Both the position numbers and the translations under genes were made by a program. A DNA stretch of 63,846 nt, counting the filler, from Octopus bimaculoides (taxonomy: Eukaryota): the NCBI RefSeq assembly GCF_001194135.2. It is 4 parts of 4 records of this genome, joined end to end, with 100 filler letters (N's around TTAATTAATTAA, not from the genome) between each part and the next. Parts side by side here need not be neighbours in the genome. Positions count along the whole stretch, not along the records: positions 1 to 23,408 come from NC_068985.1; 3 more parts are not named here. One strand, 5' to 3'. Under the pieces are notes generated by a model. It did no database searches. It had not been told where the DNA came from and saw only the letters and a list, made by a program, of their open reading frames with translations. Positions 1 through 13,615 of this stretch are shown in pieces. The number at the start of each line of letters is the position of its first letter. Within the stretch, counting starts at the first letter, position 1.

Positions 1-71
<71 letters not shown>

Positions 72-316
72 GGAGAGCTTAAGAGAGAGAGATTGAGACA
101 GATAGAGATCGAGACCGCGTGCAGGCTGACATACAGGTAAATTGAGTGATAGGTAGATAGGTAAGATATTAAAAATATACCTATAGACATATATAAATAC
201 AAAATGGGTATAAAAGTTGTAGCTTGGTTTACAAAGCTTGTCTACAGATACTGGCTAACAAATGCTATCTTACAGTGATGTCGATATATCACTGGATATG
301 CATCTGCAATTCCGTA

Positions 317-345
<29 letters not shown>

Positions 346-347
<2 letters not shown>

Positions 348-470
348 GTAATCCCTGGACTATCGCAGGTATTACGTTCCAAAACCCTCCACAGAAATAA
401 TTAAAAGGTAACAAAATATAAATAGTTATCGGCCGCAGAAACCCACGATATACTGAGTCTGCGACATACG
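346..470 (+). mobile_element. Tigger/pogo-like MITE left end
   Basis: TA followed by CAGTAATCCCTGGACTATCGCAGGTATTACGTTCC, resembling Tigger-type termini. No matching right TIR found. Confidence 0.35.
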
Positions 471-640
471 TTTACATATTAGCCAGAAAGGCCTACTATT
501 TCCCTCTAGTTAACACTCTCGTATCGTTTCTGATGAAGGCATACCCCTAATATCCCAGAAACAAATGTACGACTACATCTCCCTTTATAAATGTCCTATA
601 AATTCCACACAGCCTTGGTTTTCTTGTCTCATTTTATTTA

Positions 641-699
<59 letters not shown>

Positions 700-1824
700 A
701 ATATATGTATACATAAATACATACACACAGCGTCACATGTACACATATACATACAATATGTATACTTATATATATANNNNNNNNNNNNNNNNNNNNNNNN
801 NNNNNNNNNNNNNNNNNNNNNNNNNNNNNNNNNNNNNNNNNNNNNNNNNNNNNNNNNNNNATATATATATATATATATACATATATACGTGTAAGTTTAA
901 GTATGGATATGTGTGCGCGTATGTATCTATGTGTGTTTGTATGCTACAAGTTACCTGATTTTTTTGCATGGGAGACCAGTCTATATTTTACGAAGAGGGA
1001 AATACTTCTCACTGTATTCTCACCGTTTATTCGTCAAGCACATTAGGGGATCATAGTTGTGCTCTGCCTATATTAGTTGTTCAACACAAAATTATTTGAT
1101 GAATTGCCAGGAATATTTCAGCAAATTCAGAACCATTTTGTGAGTGCTGAATCTTAATATGATACAAGATTTGCCAACTTGTATTTTATTTTTATGTTGA
1201 TATTGAATAATTTTCAAGCAATGACTTTTCCCCGATATTTCTATAGTTGCTAACAGATGCCGGATTAAGAATATCTTTTTTTTTTACTCTGCAACATTGT
1301 TTTTAACTTATCTGGTTCTTAGTATAATCCTATCGTTAAGATAATCTTATCGTTTTTACAGATTAAAATAAGTTCATTACAAAGAATCTGCTTAAGGTAT
1401 TTGTAATGTGTTTTTTTTTTTTGTTTTATTTTTGTGTGTGAGTGTGTGCTTTGTCGTTTAGTTGTTGCTGGCAAATACACTTCCCCCAAAATATGGAAAA
1501 ACCATGTGAAAGGAGATACGTTGCATGTACTCTATAGAAAGTATTTGACAAAGGTGTTTGTGACAACGTGTTTAGAGTACTAGCGTCAATGGTAAAAAAA
1601 GCAACTAAAAAAAAGAATATTGAAGAAAGAGCTCCAAAACGATGTTCTTAATCATAGATCTTCATAATCATAGATTTTCCTGATCAAGATTGAGTCTGGC
1701 GTTGGTCTTCAGTTATTTGATCTATACACCAGACAATATCGATCATAAAGACAACTTATGAAACTGTCTTGCTACCGAGAACTAACGCTTCGATTTCCGA
1801 GTCATGTTATATTCTAAGCAAATA

Positions 1825-2000
1825 GTTATGGTTGTGCGGTGAATAAGCTCCATCTGCAACTTGTCGGTTTCCGGTTCGGTCCCACTGCGTTGCAACATAG
1901 GTAAGAGTCTTCTACTATAATACTTGATTGTCCAATGCTTTGTGAGCAAAATTGGTAGACGAAAACTGCGTGGAATTCTTTCGTGTGTATGTGTGTATAC
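1825..2000 (+). mobile_element. SINE family B (tRNA-derived, CORE-like), 5' part
   Basis: ccggttcggtcccactgcg...gagtcttctactata...gtagacgaaaactgcgtgga; same family as 3545-3930. Confidence 0.6.
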
Positions 2001-2799
2001 GTGAGATAGATTTCTTCGTATCTGAATATATATACATACTTACTCACCCATATATATATATATATCTATGACGTAGTTCAAATCCAGCTGTGGTTGACTT
2101 TACCTTTCATCCTTTGGGGTTCTTTAAAATTGAGTACCATTTGAACACTAGGGTTGATGTAATTAACTTACCGCTCCCCTTAAAATTAGTGGCCTTCTGA
2201 AAAATTGGAAGAACTGAACAGGGTTGTGAAATGCTTCTATATACAGGGCAATATACAAGACATTTAACTCTAACCCAATTACATTCTGAGTTCAAATCGC
2301 AATAAAACCGAATATATTGTATCAAAATCCATCAATTAATTTAATGATAATTTGGATATCGTACACAAATATGCTAGCCTCATTTTGTTTTTGTCACAGA
2401 AAAACAACTTCTTCCTTTTACGACGATAACGTATCCATAAAAGATCAGTTCATTGACGCAAAGGGTTCTGACAGGTCGTAATAACGGTGCCCCAGTATCT
2501 CTTGCACCAACCAGCTGAGCGTGTTATGAACACGCTGTAGTCGTAAAAGGGAGTTGTTCTCCTGTGACTTACGCAGCTACGACTAGCACGATTTGCCTTT
2601 GAATCTACCGGAATATATTGAGAAGTATGCAAATCATCAGGTTAGATCTCGCTATACACAGTGCAAATAAGGATTTTTTGATCAATTAAGTAACAGTCAA
2701 ATAGTGTTTAGATAAGTTCAGAAAATCTTCGCCTCATATATATAAATATATATGTTATCGTTGCTTTAGTACAAATCAGTATTAATTAAAAATTAAATC

Positions 2800-2915
2800 G
2801 GCAAGCTGGCAGATTCGTTAGCACGCCGGGTAAAGTGCTCAGAAGCATTTCGTTCGTTCTGAGTTCATATCCCACCGGCTTCGACTTTCCCTTTTATCTT
2901 TTCGAGATCGATAAA
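2800..2915 (+). mobile_element. SINE family A (tRNA-derived), 5' part
   Basis: ggcaagctggcagattcgttagcacgccggg...gagttcatatcc...ttttatcttttcgagatcgataaaat; diverged copy of 39596-39825. Confidence 0.7.
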
Positions 2916-3482
2916 ATACGCAACACTAAAACATTGTTATAGCCGTATCCGACTAGATTCTTCTCCACAAAAACTGCTGGCCTTGTTCCAAATTTCAAAC
3001 GAATGTTGATACTAGATCTGGTATTCTAACTCTGTAAATACGATATGAGTAAGAATCAGTTCTGTACAATATCAGGCACTTCTATGCTAATATATGTTTT
3101 CAGTTTAATAAGATTTAATTACAGTTTATATTTATTTTATTCGTGTCACTATCAGTCCAAGCACTTTATAATTTGTTCATAATTATAATTGCGGCGTTAT
3201 TAGCAAAAATAAGTTGTGCGTATGAATTATTAATACATGACTAAGCTCACTCTTATAAATCCAGATTAGCGGTGAATTCTTGCAAATTTGATACATCGGA
3301 ATTCGCTTTTTACTGTGTGTATGTTTATGGGAGGGTGTGTGTATAAATATAAAACTGCTCAAGACACCATGCAGTTGTATGTCTGCTAAATTAACAATTT
3401 GCAATTCAAAATTCCATTGAACGAAACTAGTCGAGAGGTTTCATCCACTTTATCTTACATGTTACTAAACACACACACACAA

Positions 3483-3543
<61 letters not shown>

Positions 3544-3544
3544 T

Positions 3545-3930
3545 GTCTGTGTGGTGAATTGCTTGCTTACCAACCACATGATTCCGGGTTCAGTCCCACT
3601 GTGTGGTACCTTTGGCAAGTGTCTTCTACTATAGCCTCGGGCCAACCAAACCTTGTGTGTGGATTTGGTAGACGGAAACTGAAAGAAGCCCGTCGTATAT
3701 ATGTATATGTATATATATATATGTATGTGTGTTTGTGTGTCTGTGTTTGTCCCCCCACCATCGCTTTACAACCGATGCTGGTGTGTTTACGTCCCCGTAA
3801 CTTAGCGGTTCGGCAAAAAGAGACCGATAAAATAAGTACTTGGCTTACAAAGAATAAGTCCCAGGGTCGATTTTCTCGACTAAAGGCGGTGCTCCAGCAT
3901 GGCCGCAGTCAAATGACTGAAACAAGTAAG
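3545..3930 (+). mobile_element. SINE family B, near full length
   Basis: tRNA-like head (ccgggttcagtccc B box), central ttggcaagtgtcttctactatagcctcgggcc, internal (TA/TG)n spacer and tail ...gcagtcaaatgactgaaacaagtaa. Many copies in the window. Confidence 0.85.
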
Positions 3931-3969
3931 TAAGTAAGTATATGAGTGTGTGTGAGCGAGTGTGTGTTT

Positions 3970-4855
3970 CGTCTGATCGATAAGTATCCGGACCGTTGGC
4001 ATAGTAACAAAGCTAAAGCCCGCAGAGTTAAGCTGCTCTGCAAAGACTGACCTTGAATTCTACTGTGCAGGAGCATTAGGCTTTAACGATCTGGCTTACT
4101 TCCGCTGTTTACAGTAGTGTTTGAAAAAAAAAACCTGTGGAGCGTCTGATCATCGCATTAACCATAACAGAGAAAGTTGAGCAGAGAATTTGCATCAAAT
4201 TCTGCCAACAGCTTGGCGATACCTGCTCAGAGGCCTACGCAAACTTTTCAAAAACTTTTCATCGTTCTTGACACAATCAAGGAGATGTTGTGCAACTGAA
4301 ACCTGATTGCCTTCTTGGTCAGCTGAAAGCAGTTTCGCATGAGCTTGGCAGACACGCGCCTCGTACCAAAATCTTTAGTGATAATAGACTGAACCGTAAC
4401 TAATCCGCGCATCCTCTAATAAGTCATGGATGGTGATTCGACGATTTCTTCTCACAGCTACACACACATCAGCGATGTTTTTCTCAGTTCTGCGGGTTCC
4501 GCAGAACTTCCGTCAATATCGACAATATTTCGGCTATCTTGGAAACGTCTAAGCCATTGAACCACTCGTAAACTTGTATGCGGCTCATACACTCCTCTCC
4601 ATACACTTTCTGCAACTTTGCGTAGGCGTCTGAGCAGTTATCGCCATGAGGACGTTCTCTGTCATGTGACGATAACACGCTACACACCTTCCTTCCAGGC
4701 CCTGCTGTAAACAGGGGAAACTGAGCTAGAACGTTAAAACTTAGTGCACATGGGAAACAAAGTTCTAGGTCAATCTTTGCCGAGCAGTTTTACTCTGCGT
4801 GCTTTAGTTTTGTTACTATGGGAACAGTCCGGATACTTATTGATCAGACGTTGTA
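3970..4855 (-). mobile_element. Internally deleted mariner-like transposon with both TIRs
   Basis: About 50-bp TIRs: cgtctgatcgataagtatccggaccgttggcatagtaacaaagctaaagc and its inverted copy at 4801-4850. Minus strand encodes CSDAYAKLQKVYGEECMSRIQVYEWF (mariner N-terminal HTH). Confidence 0.85.
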
Positions 4856-4994
4856 GACATACACAAATACGGAGTGTTGAGGCTAAATTTGACAGTTAAA
4901 AATAAAAAGAAAATAAAATATAATATTCAATCTAAAAGTAAATGTATTTGTAAAAATGTTTTTAAAAATCAACTAGATTATATAGGTGCGAGAT

Positions 4995-5400
4995 AACAGC
5001 TTAACCGCCCTCATCTCCCATCACGGCCTCAAAACGGCTCCGGAGCCTGGCGCATGCGTTCCTCACTGGGTCTCCGGGAAGATCTTCTAACACCTATTTG
5101 ATCTTGGCCACCATCTCCGCGTTGGTGTTACAGACAGACTAATAGTTGTTTTTCTCAACGGTACCCCACAAACAGTAACACATTGGATTACTATCGTGGA
5201 AATGAGGAGGCCAAAAAAATGGAGCCTTGAAAATCCTCTGACAACCAATTTTGACACTTTCTGGAGGTATGACAAGGAGCTGAATCCTACTGACATACAA
5301 ATGGCCTACCAGCTGCAATCCTCTCCTACCAGATTTCAAGAGTATCCAGCATCTTTACATAGCTGTCCGAATTTCACCTGAAGTTCAGTTCAAAGAAGTG
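4995..5400 (-). mobile_element. DD37D/maT-like transposase 3' relic
   Basis: Minus strand encodes FWPPHFHDSNPMCYCLWGTVEK followed by ACARLRSRFEAV, with in-frame stops. Confidence 0.7.
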
Positions 5401-5569
5401 GGGCAGCATGATGTTATCCTTACTGGATGATGTCATCACTTTTTAGAGGAACTTGATTTCCATGATATCCATGCCACATCTTACAGCCTTTACAGTGTTC
5501 ACAGAGCAGTGAGCAGCAGTCATGGTGTCGCCATTTTGATACCTAGCGAGATACTCAGTACTGCTGGTT

Positions 5570-5755
5570 ATGGGTCTTCCAGAACGTTCGTCAATATCGA
5601 CCGTTTTTTGACCATCTTGGAAACGTCTGAACCACTCGTAACTTGTGTGCAGCTCATACTCTCTATTCCATCCACTTTCTGCAACTTTGCGTCGGCGTCT
5701 GAGCAAGTATCGTCATGAGAACTTTTTCTGTCAAGGTCAATGTGACGATTACACG
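5570..5755 (-). mobile_element. Mariner fragment (same family as 3970-4855)
   Basis: Encodes CSDADAKLQKVDG...SYEWFRRFQDGQKTVDIDERSGRP. Confidence 0.8.
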
Positions 5756-6027
5756 CAGTCATGGTGTCGCCATTTTAATACCCAGTTAACTATGGCTTTT
5801 GTTCTATGTCAGCTTACAGTTTCTCAACTACAACTTCAATTTTTATGCTTTCCAGCGTTGTTGGCTGTTCTCTAGTACATCTACATCAAGCTGTTCCTGA
5901 AGAATGGGGGACATACAAGATCGTCAATCGTATCGTCAACTCTTTTCTGAAAACCCATACAAAGATTAACCTTGAACTCTGCTGTACTAAGATGTAACGT
6001 TCCAGCTCACTTGAAATGAACGTATGT

Positions 6028-6748
6028 AGCGTCTGATCGTAGCATTAACCATAACAGAGAAAGTTGAGCAGAGAATCTGCATCAAATTTTGCCAAAAGCT
6101 TGGCGATAACTGCTCTGAGGCCTACACAAATTATTCAAAAACTTTTCATCGTTCTCGACACGATTATGAGATCTTGTGCAAATTAAACCTGAGTGCCTTC
6201 TTGGACAGCTGAAAGCAGTTTTTGGTACAAACTAGGCAGACACGCATCTCATACCCAAATCTTCAGTGATAATGGACTGAACCGCAACTAATCTGCACAT
6301 CCTCGGATATGTCACGGATAGTGATTCGACGATTTCCCCTGACAGCTGTACGCACATCAGCGATGTTTTTTCTCAGTTCCTCTGGTCGCGGGTCTTCCAG
6401 AACGTTCGTCAATATCGACATTTTTTTTACCATCTCAGAAACGTTTGAACCACTCGTACACTTGTGTGCGGCTCATACTCTCCTTTCCATACGGTTTCTG
6501 CAACTTTGTGTCGGCCTCTGAGCAGGTATCGTCATGAGAACTTTCTCTGTCATGGTCAATGTGACGATTACGTTACATACCTTCTTTCCAAGAACTGTTT
6601 TAAACAGCAGAAGTAAGCTAGAACGTTAAAAACTCATGCGTATGCACAGCAGAGTTCATGGTCAATTTTTGTCAAGGGCTTTACTCTACGTCCTTTAGCT
6701 TCGTTACTTTGGCAACAGTCCGAATAATTATCGATCAGACCTCGTGTA
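6028..6748 (-). mobile_element. Mariner copy, one TIR retained
   Basis: Colinear with 4141-4850 and ends in gatcagacctcgtgTA. Confidence 0.85.
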
Positions 6749-6949
6749 TATATATGTGGGGGAGTGTATGCATACATGCATACATACATACGTGTGTGCG
6801 TGAGTACGAGTGTGTGTGGACATATAAATATGTCTGTTGTTTTTACTGGTTTCAGCCAAAGTGTGTGACCATTCTGGAGTACCACCTCTAGTGTGACTAG
6901 TGACTGTTTTACACTTCCTGTCTTCCTTCGTCATATGTGTTTGCTGGTA

Positions 6950-7690
6950 GTTCAGATAAAAATTTTCTCCAATGATTTTTTAAGAAATTTATATTTGGAC
7001 TTCGCAAATCTCTGAAGTTATTTGGCAGAGTGTAGAAATGTTGTGGGCCGCCTTTGAACCCTAAAATGTTATAGCATTGCATCTTTAATTAAGATTAAGA
7101 GGATGGGATCTTTGGTGAAATGCTGCGGTGTCCAGCTAGACTCCCCGCCAGAATCTTCAATATATACCACTGTATATCTTCGCGTCTTTCCTCTAGGGAA
7201 TAGCCCCTCAGTTCTTATAATTTTTACCAGTAACTAATCTGTCGCATCGAGTCATTATTCCTTGTTAGTTACGCAGGACAGCCTCGAATTCCACAGTTAG
7301 TTTGACGTTCTTTGGCGACTGCTGTTGGGAACAGTAATCTAGGCAGCTGAAAAGAAATGTTCTCTGTAGGTGTAGCATAATATCCTTTTTCCTCGTTCTG
7401 AATGATCTCAGAATCTAACCAACCACTCATCTGCAAAATGTTGCCAGCTTAGAAATATTTGCATACAATGGTGTGATTCTGAAGTCACGCCTCTTCTGTG
7501 ACACTGGGTTGCACTAACGCCTGTTCCTGCATATTTCGACTGCAATCTATTTGTGAGCCAATAGTAGAGTGCTCGAAATTTTTAAACATTGAATTCCATG
7601 TTATCTTCATCAACCCACTCGTATATACTGTATTTAGCTCTTTCTGAAGTTTTAAGGTGTCATTACCTGAAATATAGACAAATACCACAA
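6950..7690 (-). mobile_element. Decayed CR1/L2-like LINE, RT C-terminal region
   Basis: Minus-strand peptides IMLHLQRTFLFSCLDYCSQQQSP and ELRGYSLEERREDIQWYILKILAG resemble the CR1-group motifs LDYCSxxWSP and LYSLERRRE. Confidence 0.65.
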
Positions 7691-8503
7691 AACGAACACA
7701 AAGAGAGATGAGCCGGAAATATACAACTAAATTTCAATTTCTTCTATATACAAATGGAATGGAATAACTTCTGCACAACAACGGTTAAATAAAGAGATTA
7801 CATTCATTGAAAATGTTCAACCGCTCCTTCATATGAAGACAACCAATTTCAGATTATGTAAATATTTTACAATTTTCAATAAACATATAGTCTATTTACT
7901 TTCCAAAAAATATCGGTAATTACCTCCCCTGTTTCTAATAATGATAATCACTACTTATCTCCCCTAATATTCGTTTACCTTCGGATTCATATACAAAATA
8001 TCTGTTCTACTCAATACGGAATGAAAACTTATTATACTTGCTTGAAACTATCACTACCTACTTAATCATGATTAGCATAAGCGAAACTGGTCGACTATTT
8101 AAATAATTTATTTCATAAGAATGTGTGTGTATATGTGTGTGTGCGTGTGCGCGCGCATGCGTGTACGTATGTCTAAAAAATGAGTAAAGTAATATCGCCT
8201 GTGGATGTCGAACACAGATACAAGGCGACAAACATCGACCGTGTGACACGTAGACACACATAGAAACACACGGACACATACATAGACTGATATATAGACA
8301 GAAATACAAGCGCATGGACACACACATATATCTGTCTGTGTATGCATATATATATATACACACACACACATATGTATGTGTATATATATGTACATATTTA
8401 TGTATATATACATATACATATATATATGGATAGATAGATATAGATATATACACATGTACGTATGTGTGTGTGTGCTTCTATATATATATACACACACACG
8501 TAC

Positions 8504-8542
<39 letters not shown>

Positions 8543-9214
8543 TACATACACACAAACACACACACACGTACATATGTACCCACACACACACAATTTCGCG
8601 CAGTATCATCAGAGGTCAGTTAGATTATTTGCATAAACAAATTTTTACAATATTTATAGTAACATAACTCATATTTAAAAGGAAAATATATATATATAGA
8701 TACATAAAACAAAACTAAAAACCCTGCTGGAAGAAACAATAAAAATAAAATAAAGGAGGAAAATAAACTAGATTAAAGCAAATTCAGTAATATCGGCTAT
8801 ATTTAGAATGTTATATCGATTTACACCAGAAAGAATTAAAGAAAAGAGGTTGGAAAAAAATGTCATCTTTATCAAAACAGTTGAAGTTTTAAGAGAAATA
8901 AAAAATCAACCTCTCGAATAAAGGACCCTAACGGTTAACATTAAAGAAAAGCTATTATGATTCTAATATTAGTCATAGATAGGTTTGAGTAAGAGGTTAT
9001 TGTGTCCACGTGATAAAATTTACAAATGAAGGATATATTTAATACTTTGTGTACCCAGTGAAACAGGGGTGGCTGTGTGCAAGGTAGTTAATATCTCTCC
9101 GCATGGTTTCGGTTTCAGTCGCATTGCGTGGCATGTTGGACAAGTGCCTTCTTTAGTCACGGGCCGACCAGTATTCAGTAAGAAACAAATCACCAACGAT
9201 CCATATGTGGTTAC

Positions 9215-9255
<41 letters not shown>

Positions 9256-9486
9256 GAATAATAATAAATGGAGCAAAACGCATATAAACAATAAGTTCCT
9301 CTAATTCCTACATATGTTTCAAACTATATGTGCACTCTACTCCAAAGAAGTAAGAGGTGCTGGAATTGTTCAAAATATTCATCGTCAGGGAACCAACATA
9401 CAGAAGCAATACAAATGCGAAATCGTCAAGGTTTTTTTAAACGGAGATAATATTAATATATACATTCCCAATGTTCAACAAGATTT

Positions 9487-9760
9487 TCAAATACCTCGTT
9501 GGTAGAAATCACCCGATTTCCACTCAAAAAATTGATCCAACCAAGCTCTCAATTCTGCATCAGTATTGAACGAAACCCCGCGCATAGCATTTGAAAGAGA
9601 TCGAAAGAGGTGGAAATCCGTTGGTACTAAGTCAGGAGAGTACGGCGTGTGTGGCAGCACTTCCAAGTCATGCGTTTCAATGGCTTCCTTGGTCATATTG
9701 GCGATATGAGGGCAGGCGTTGTCGTGCAGCAGAAGAACTCCATGCTGTCTTCCCGCCACC
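9487..9760 (-). mobile_element. Mariner DD34D transposase catalytic fragment
   Basis: LLHDNACPH...HTPYSPDLVPTDFHLFRSL; 34 residues between the two aspartates. Confidence 0.9.
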
Positions 9761-10420
9761 GTTTAACAACCGCTGTTAGTGTGGTTAACTCCCTGTAACT
9801 TAGCAGTTCGACAGAAAGATATCAATAGAATAAGTATATACACATACATACATAAATACCCACACACATATACGTATTTGTAACTTGGCATAATCTAATT
9901 GGCTGTGTACAGGATGATGTTCCTTGTTATTAGGGACTATGTGATCTTTGGGAAAAAATTTAAGTTTGTTCATCGTTTGCAAAATGTATTTGAAAATACA
10001 TTTCGCAAAACTGTGGCTGACATTAGAATCATAAAAAATATTCAAACAATATTAACTCTAAGACTTTTTACGTGACATTTGACTCTCATTCCATCCAATT
10101 CTATAGTTGTCTTGATAACTATAGCTTTTCTTCACACATATATTTTCTTCTTGGGCAAATCAATACATCACAATCTAAATATAGTCAATATGACTGACAA
10201 TGTTTGCTCTTATCTTATTTATTATAGTTTTTAATATTCCTTCAAACGGTATCATATCTTTTTTTATTTATATTTGTAGTGTTTCAATATGACTGATATT
10301 ACTATAAATATTGCGAATCAGTTTCTTTGAATACTCAGAACTCTGCTGATAATGCGGCCCCATGAGAGGAAAACGGATAGCTAGTTGTAAGGTCAGAATA
10401 ACTTAATACACACACAGAGA

Positions 10421-10461
<41 letters not shown>

Positions 10462-11859
10462 ATTTGAAATTGAAGTTTAAGTAGGAGACTTTAAGGTGAG
10501 TAATCAAACCTTATGAGATTGTCCCTTGTAGTGTGCCTGCAGAGCATGTTCCAGTGTACTGGAAGCTTCCGTGTAAACCATTTGGAAAAGGCCTGTTCAA
10601 CTCGAAGCACATTGCAGGCCGCTTTAATCACAGAATGTTTTTGACAGCCGCTTGTATACTTTATCAACTAATAGTCAAATAATGAAATTACAGAATCATG
10701 AACTTTTCATACTTTTCATTTGTTTAAAATTATAAAAGTGTAGGTCATTGCTTTACTGCCACTTATAAATTTCAATTTTATTTTGAAACAAATGTTTTAC
10801 ACAAACAATTTTATTTTGAAATTTAACATAANNNNNNNNNNNNNNNNNNNNNNNNNNNNNNNNNNNNNNNNNNNNNNNNNNNNNNNNNNNNNNNNNNNNN
10901 NNNNNNNNNNNNNNNNNNNNNNNNNNNNNNNNNNNNNNNNNNNNNNNNNNNNNNNNNNNNNNNNNNNNNNNNNNNNNNNNNNNNNNNNNNNNNNNNNNNN
11001 NNNNNNNNNNNNNNNNNNNNNNNNNNNNNNNNNNNNNNNNNNNNNNNNNNNNNNNNNNNNNNNNNNNNNNNNNNNNNNNNNNNNNNNNNNNNNNNNNNNN
11101 NNNNNNNNNNNNNNNNNNNNNNNNNNNNNNNNNATATATATATATATATATATATATAAACAATGGCTTTGTGACACACAATCACAATGAGAGGTGAGAT
11201 TTCCATTTAGAGGAGCAGTGTTTTGCCAATAGCGTGCCTTCAAGCTTCCACGAAGTTGGACCCATTTTGGAAAACAGTGACGGCAAATGAAAAACTTTAA
11301 ATCAATTCAACTATGTTTGGGTCATGAGTGACCCCGTAAAGGCTTTTACACTCGCTTCAGACACTTCATCACTGTTCGTGCACGTACCTGCATAGTTGTT
11401 CCATTCTGGGCGCTTACATTACTGTATTCTCTCTAATGATCTGTGGTACAGTGTTCAATACGTAATTACTGTATTCCATTTTATTATTTGTAATAAAGAA
11501 AGTAAAGCTTTCTAATCAGCTCAGCGTTTCCTCCCTTTGTGTCTGGTAATAAGGAGAGCTAAAGAGTAATCCGTTATGTCTGGTACTGAAGAGAGCTAAA
11601 GACTAATCTGTAGAGATTAGTCTAACACGTTTTTCTCGGCAGTGAAATCTTTTCACTATTGTAAACTACAGTGAAAATCCTTTATACGTTCAAAATGTGT
11701 CTCAAACATGTTAAAGTTTGTTTGTATGTACCGACACACACACACGCGCGCGCGCGCGCACACACACACACACACACATACACAAACACACATACGCACA
11801 TACATACACGCATACATACACACATGCATACGTCTATGTAACATCCATTATTTTCTATC

Positions 11860-12050
11860 TTTTACTTGTTTCAGTCACCAGACTGCGGTCATACTGGAGC
11901 ACCGACTTCAAGAATTTTAGTCGAATGTGTTAAACTCCAGTACTCAATTCTTAAAAGGATGGTACTTATTCTATGAGTCGCTTTACTGGAAGAACTAAGT
12001 TACAATGAAGTAAACACTCCACCACCGATTGTCAAGCGGCGGTAGGGAAC
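11860..12050 (-). mobile_element. SINE family B tail, diverged
   Basis: tttacttgtttcagtcaccagactgcggtcatactggagcacc is the reverse complement of the tail of 3545-3930. Confidence 0.7.
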
Positions 12051-12679
12051 AAATACACTCACAAAGAAACACACACACACATATATATTTATATATATAT
12101 ATATATATATATATAAATTCTTAATCCAAACAAATGGAGGAAGAGAAATACAAAAGTGAAAATGCACAGCGAATATATTAGAAAGAATTAGAATTTAATC
12201 ATATATTAATTATAAATTAATATGTAATTAAATATTGATTATATATCTAAATATAGAACAACTCTTGACCGGTTTCAAATTAGATTTAGGAGCTGCATTA
12301 TATCCATTCTGGCCGCTGTTATCAAAAAACTACTGTGTTTTTAAAGTAGGATGTGACTCAGAAATCGATCTGCTGACGTACAAAGAGAGTGCTCAATGTT
12401 CAAATATTGTATATACGACCGCGGGTTATTTCAGTTTATATTTACCAAATCCGCTCATAAGGTATTCATCGGCCTGAATTTATAGTAGAAGATACCGTCC
12501 AAGATTCCATGCAGTGCGACTGAACTCGGAATCATGTGATTGCGAAGTAAACTTCTTACCACACAGACATGTCTGCAATATAAGAAATTGGCTCATTTGT
12601 ACCATCTCAATAATTTAAAATCTAACCCCTTGTGAAATTATACTGATTGTTTCAGAAGATATTCTGCGTATTTCTATCC

Positions 12680-12990
12680 GTCCATTCAGCCTTATTTATT
12701 GGACAACTTGCTCCAAAATAAGATCACGCCTATTTCTTTTATATCGGAGGACTCTTACAGAATTTGAATTGTTTCCAAAAGGAATTTTTGTCCATTCTTC
12801 AGCTAAAATTGTCTCCAGTTCTTGCAGTCATGCTAGTGGAGGATATCGACTCGTTACTTGTTTTTCTAAAATGCACCATAAATGTTCAATAATATTGAGA
12901 TCTGGGGAATGTGGTGGCCAGATAAGACGTTCAACTTCACAAGAATGTCCTTGTGCCATTCAGTAACAACTTTATCAGTGTGAAATGGTG
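12680..12990 (-). mobile_element. Tc1-like (DD34E) transposase C-terminal relic
   Basis: Minus strand encodes WPPHSPDLNIIEHLWCILEKQV...LQELETILAEEWTKIP. Confidence 0.85.
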
Positions 12991-13544
12991 TATTTTTATA
13001 TATGCATTTTAATACTTAAACTATTTTTAACATTTTCTTATGATTATCAAAGAGTGTATATATGTGTTTTAATACTTTTGTGACGACCAATACTTAACAC
13101 AACAAAGGTTATACGAAGCTTCACATTGTACTTTGGACAAACTTTTCCTAAAAAAGTGAAACCGGTCAAGTGAATAAACATCTTTGAAATTGCATTTTCA
13201 AACTGTCTTCTATGTATATTTCCACTCGTGCGATATCTTACAACTTTACTTTGTTTTATATATATATATATATATACTGTATATGATTCTTGTCCATATA
13301 TAATGTGTTTATTCGTGTATGTGACCGCTTATGTATATACGTAGTTGTGTATGTGTGTGTCTATGTATGTGTATATCTATATTTGTGTGTGTGTGTGTGT
13401 GTGCGTTCCTGTATTTTCATATATATGTCTATGTATACATGCGTGAGTATATAAATATGCATGTGTCTTGTACGTTTGTATTATGATTGTACATGCATTA
13501 TCATGTACGAATTCATTTCTAGGATTCTGGAGTTGTAGTGGGAA

Positions 13545-13615
<71 letters not shown>

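Noticed and set aside
10500-10680. Unique, GC-richer segment open in several frames
   Set aside because: No recognisable homology or paired splice sites. It could be a regulatory element, but nothing here supports that.
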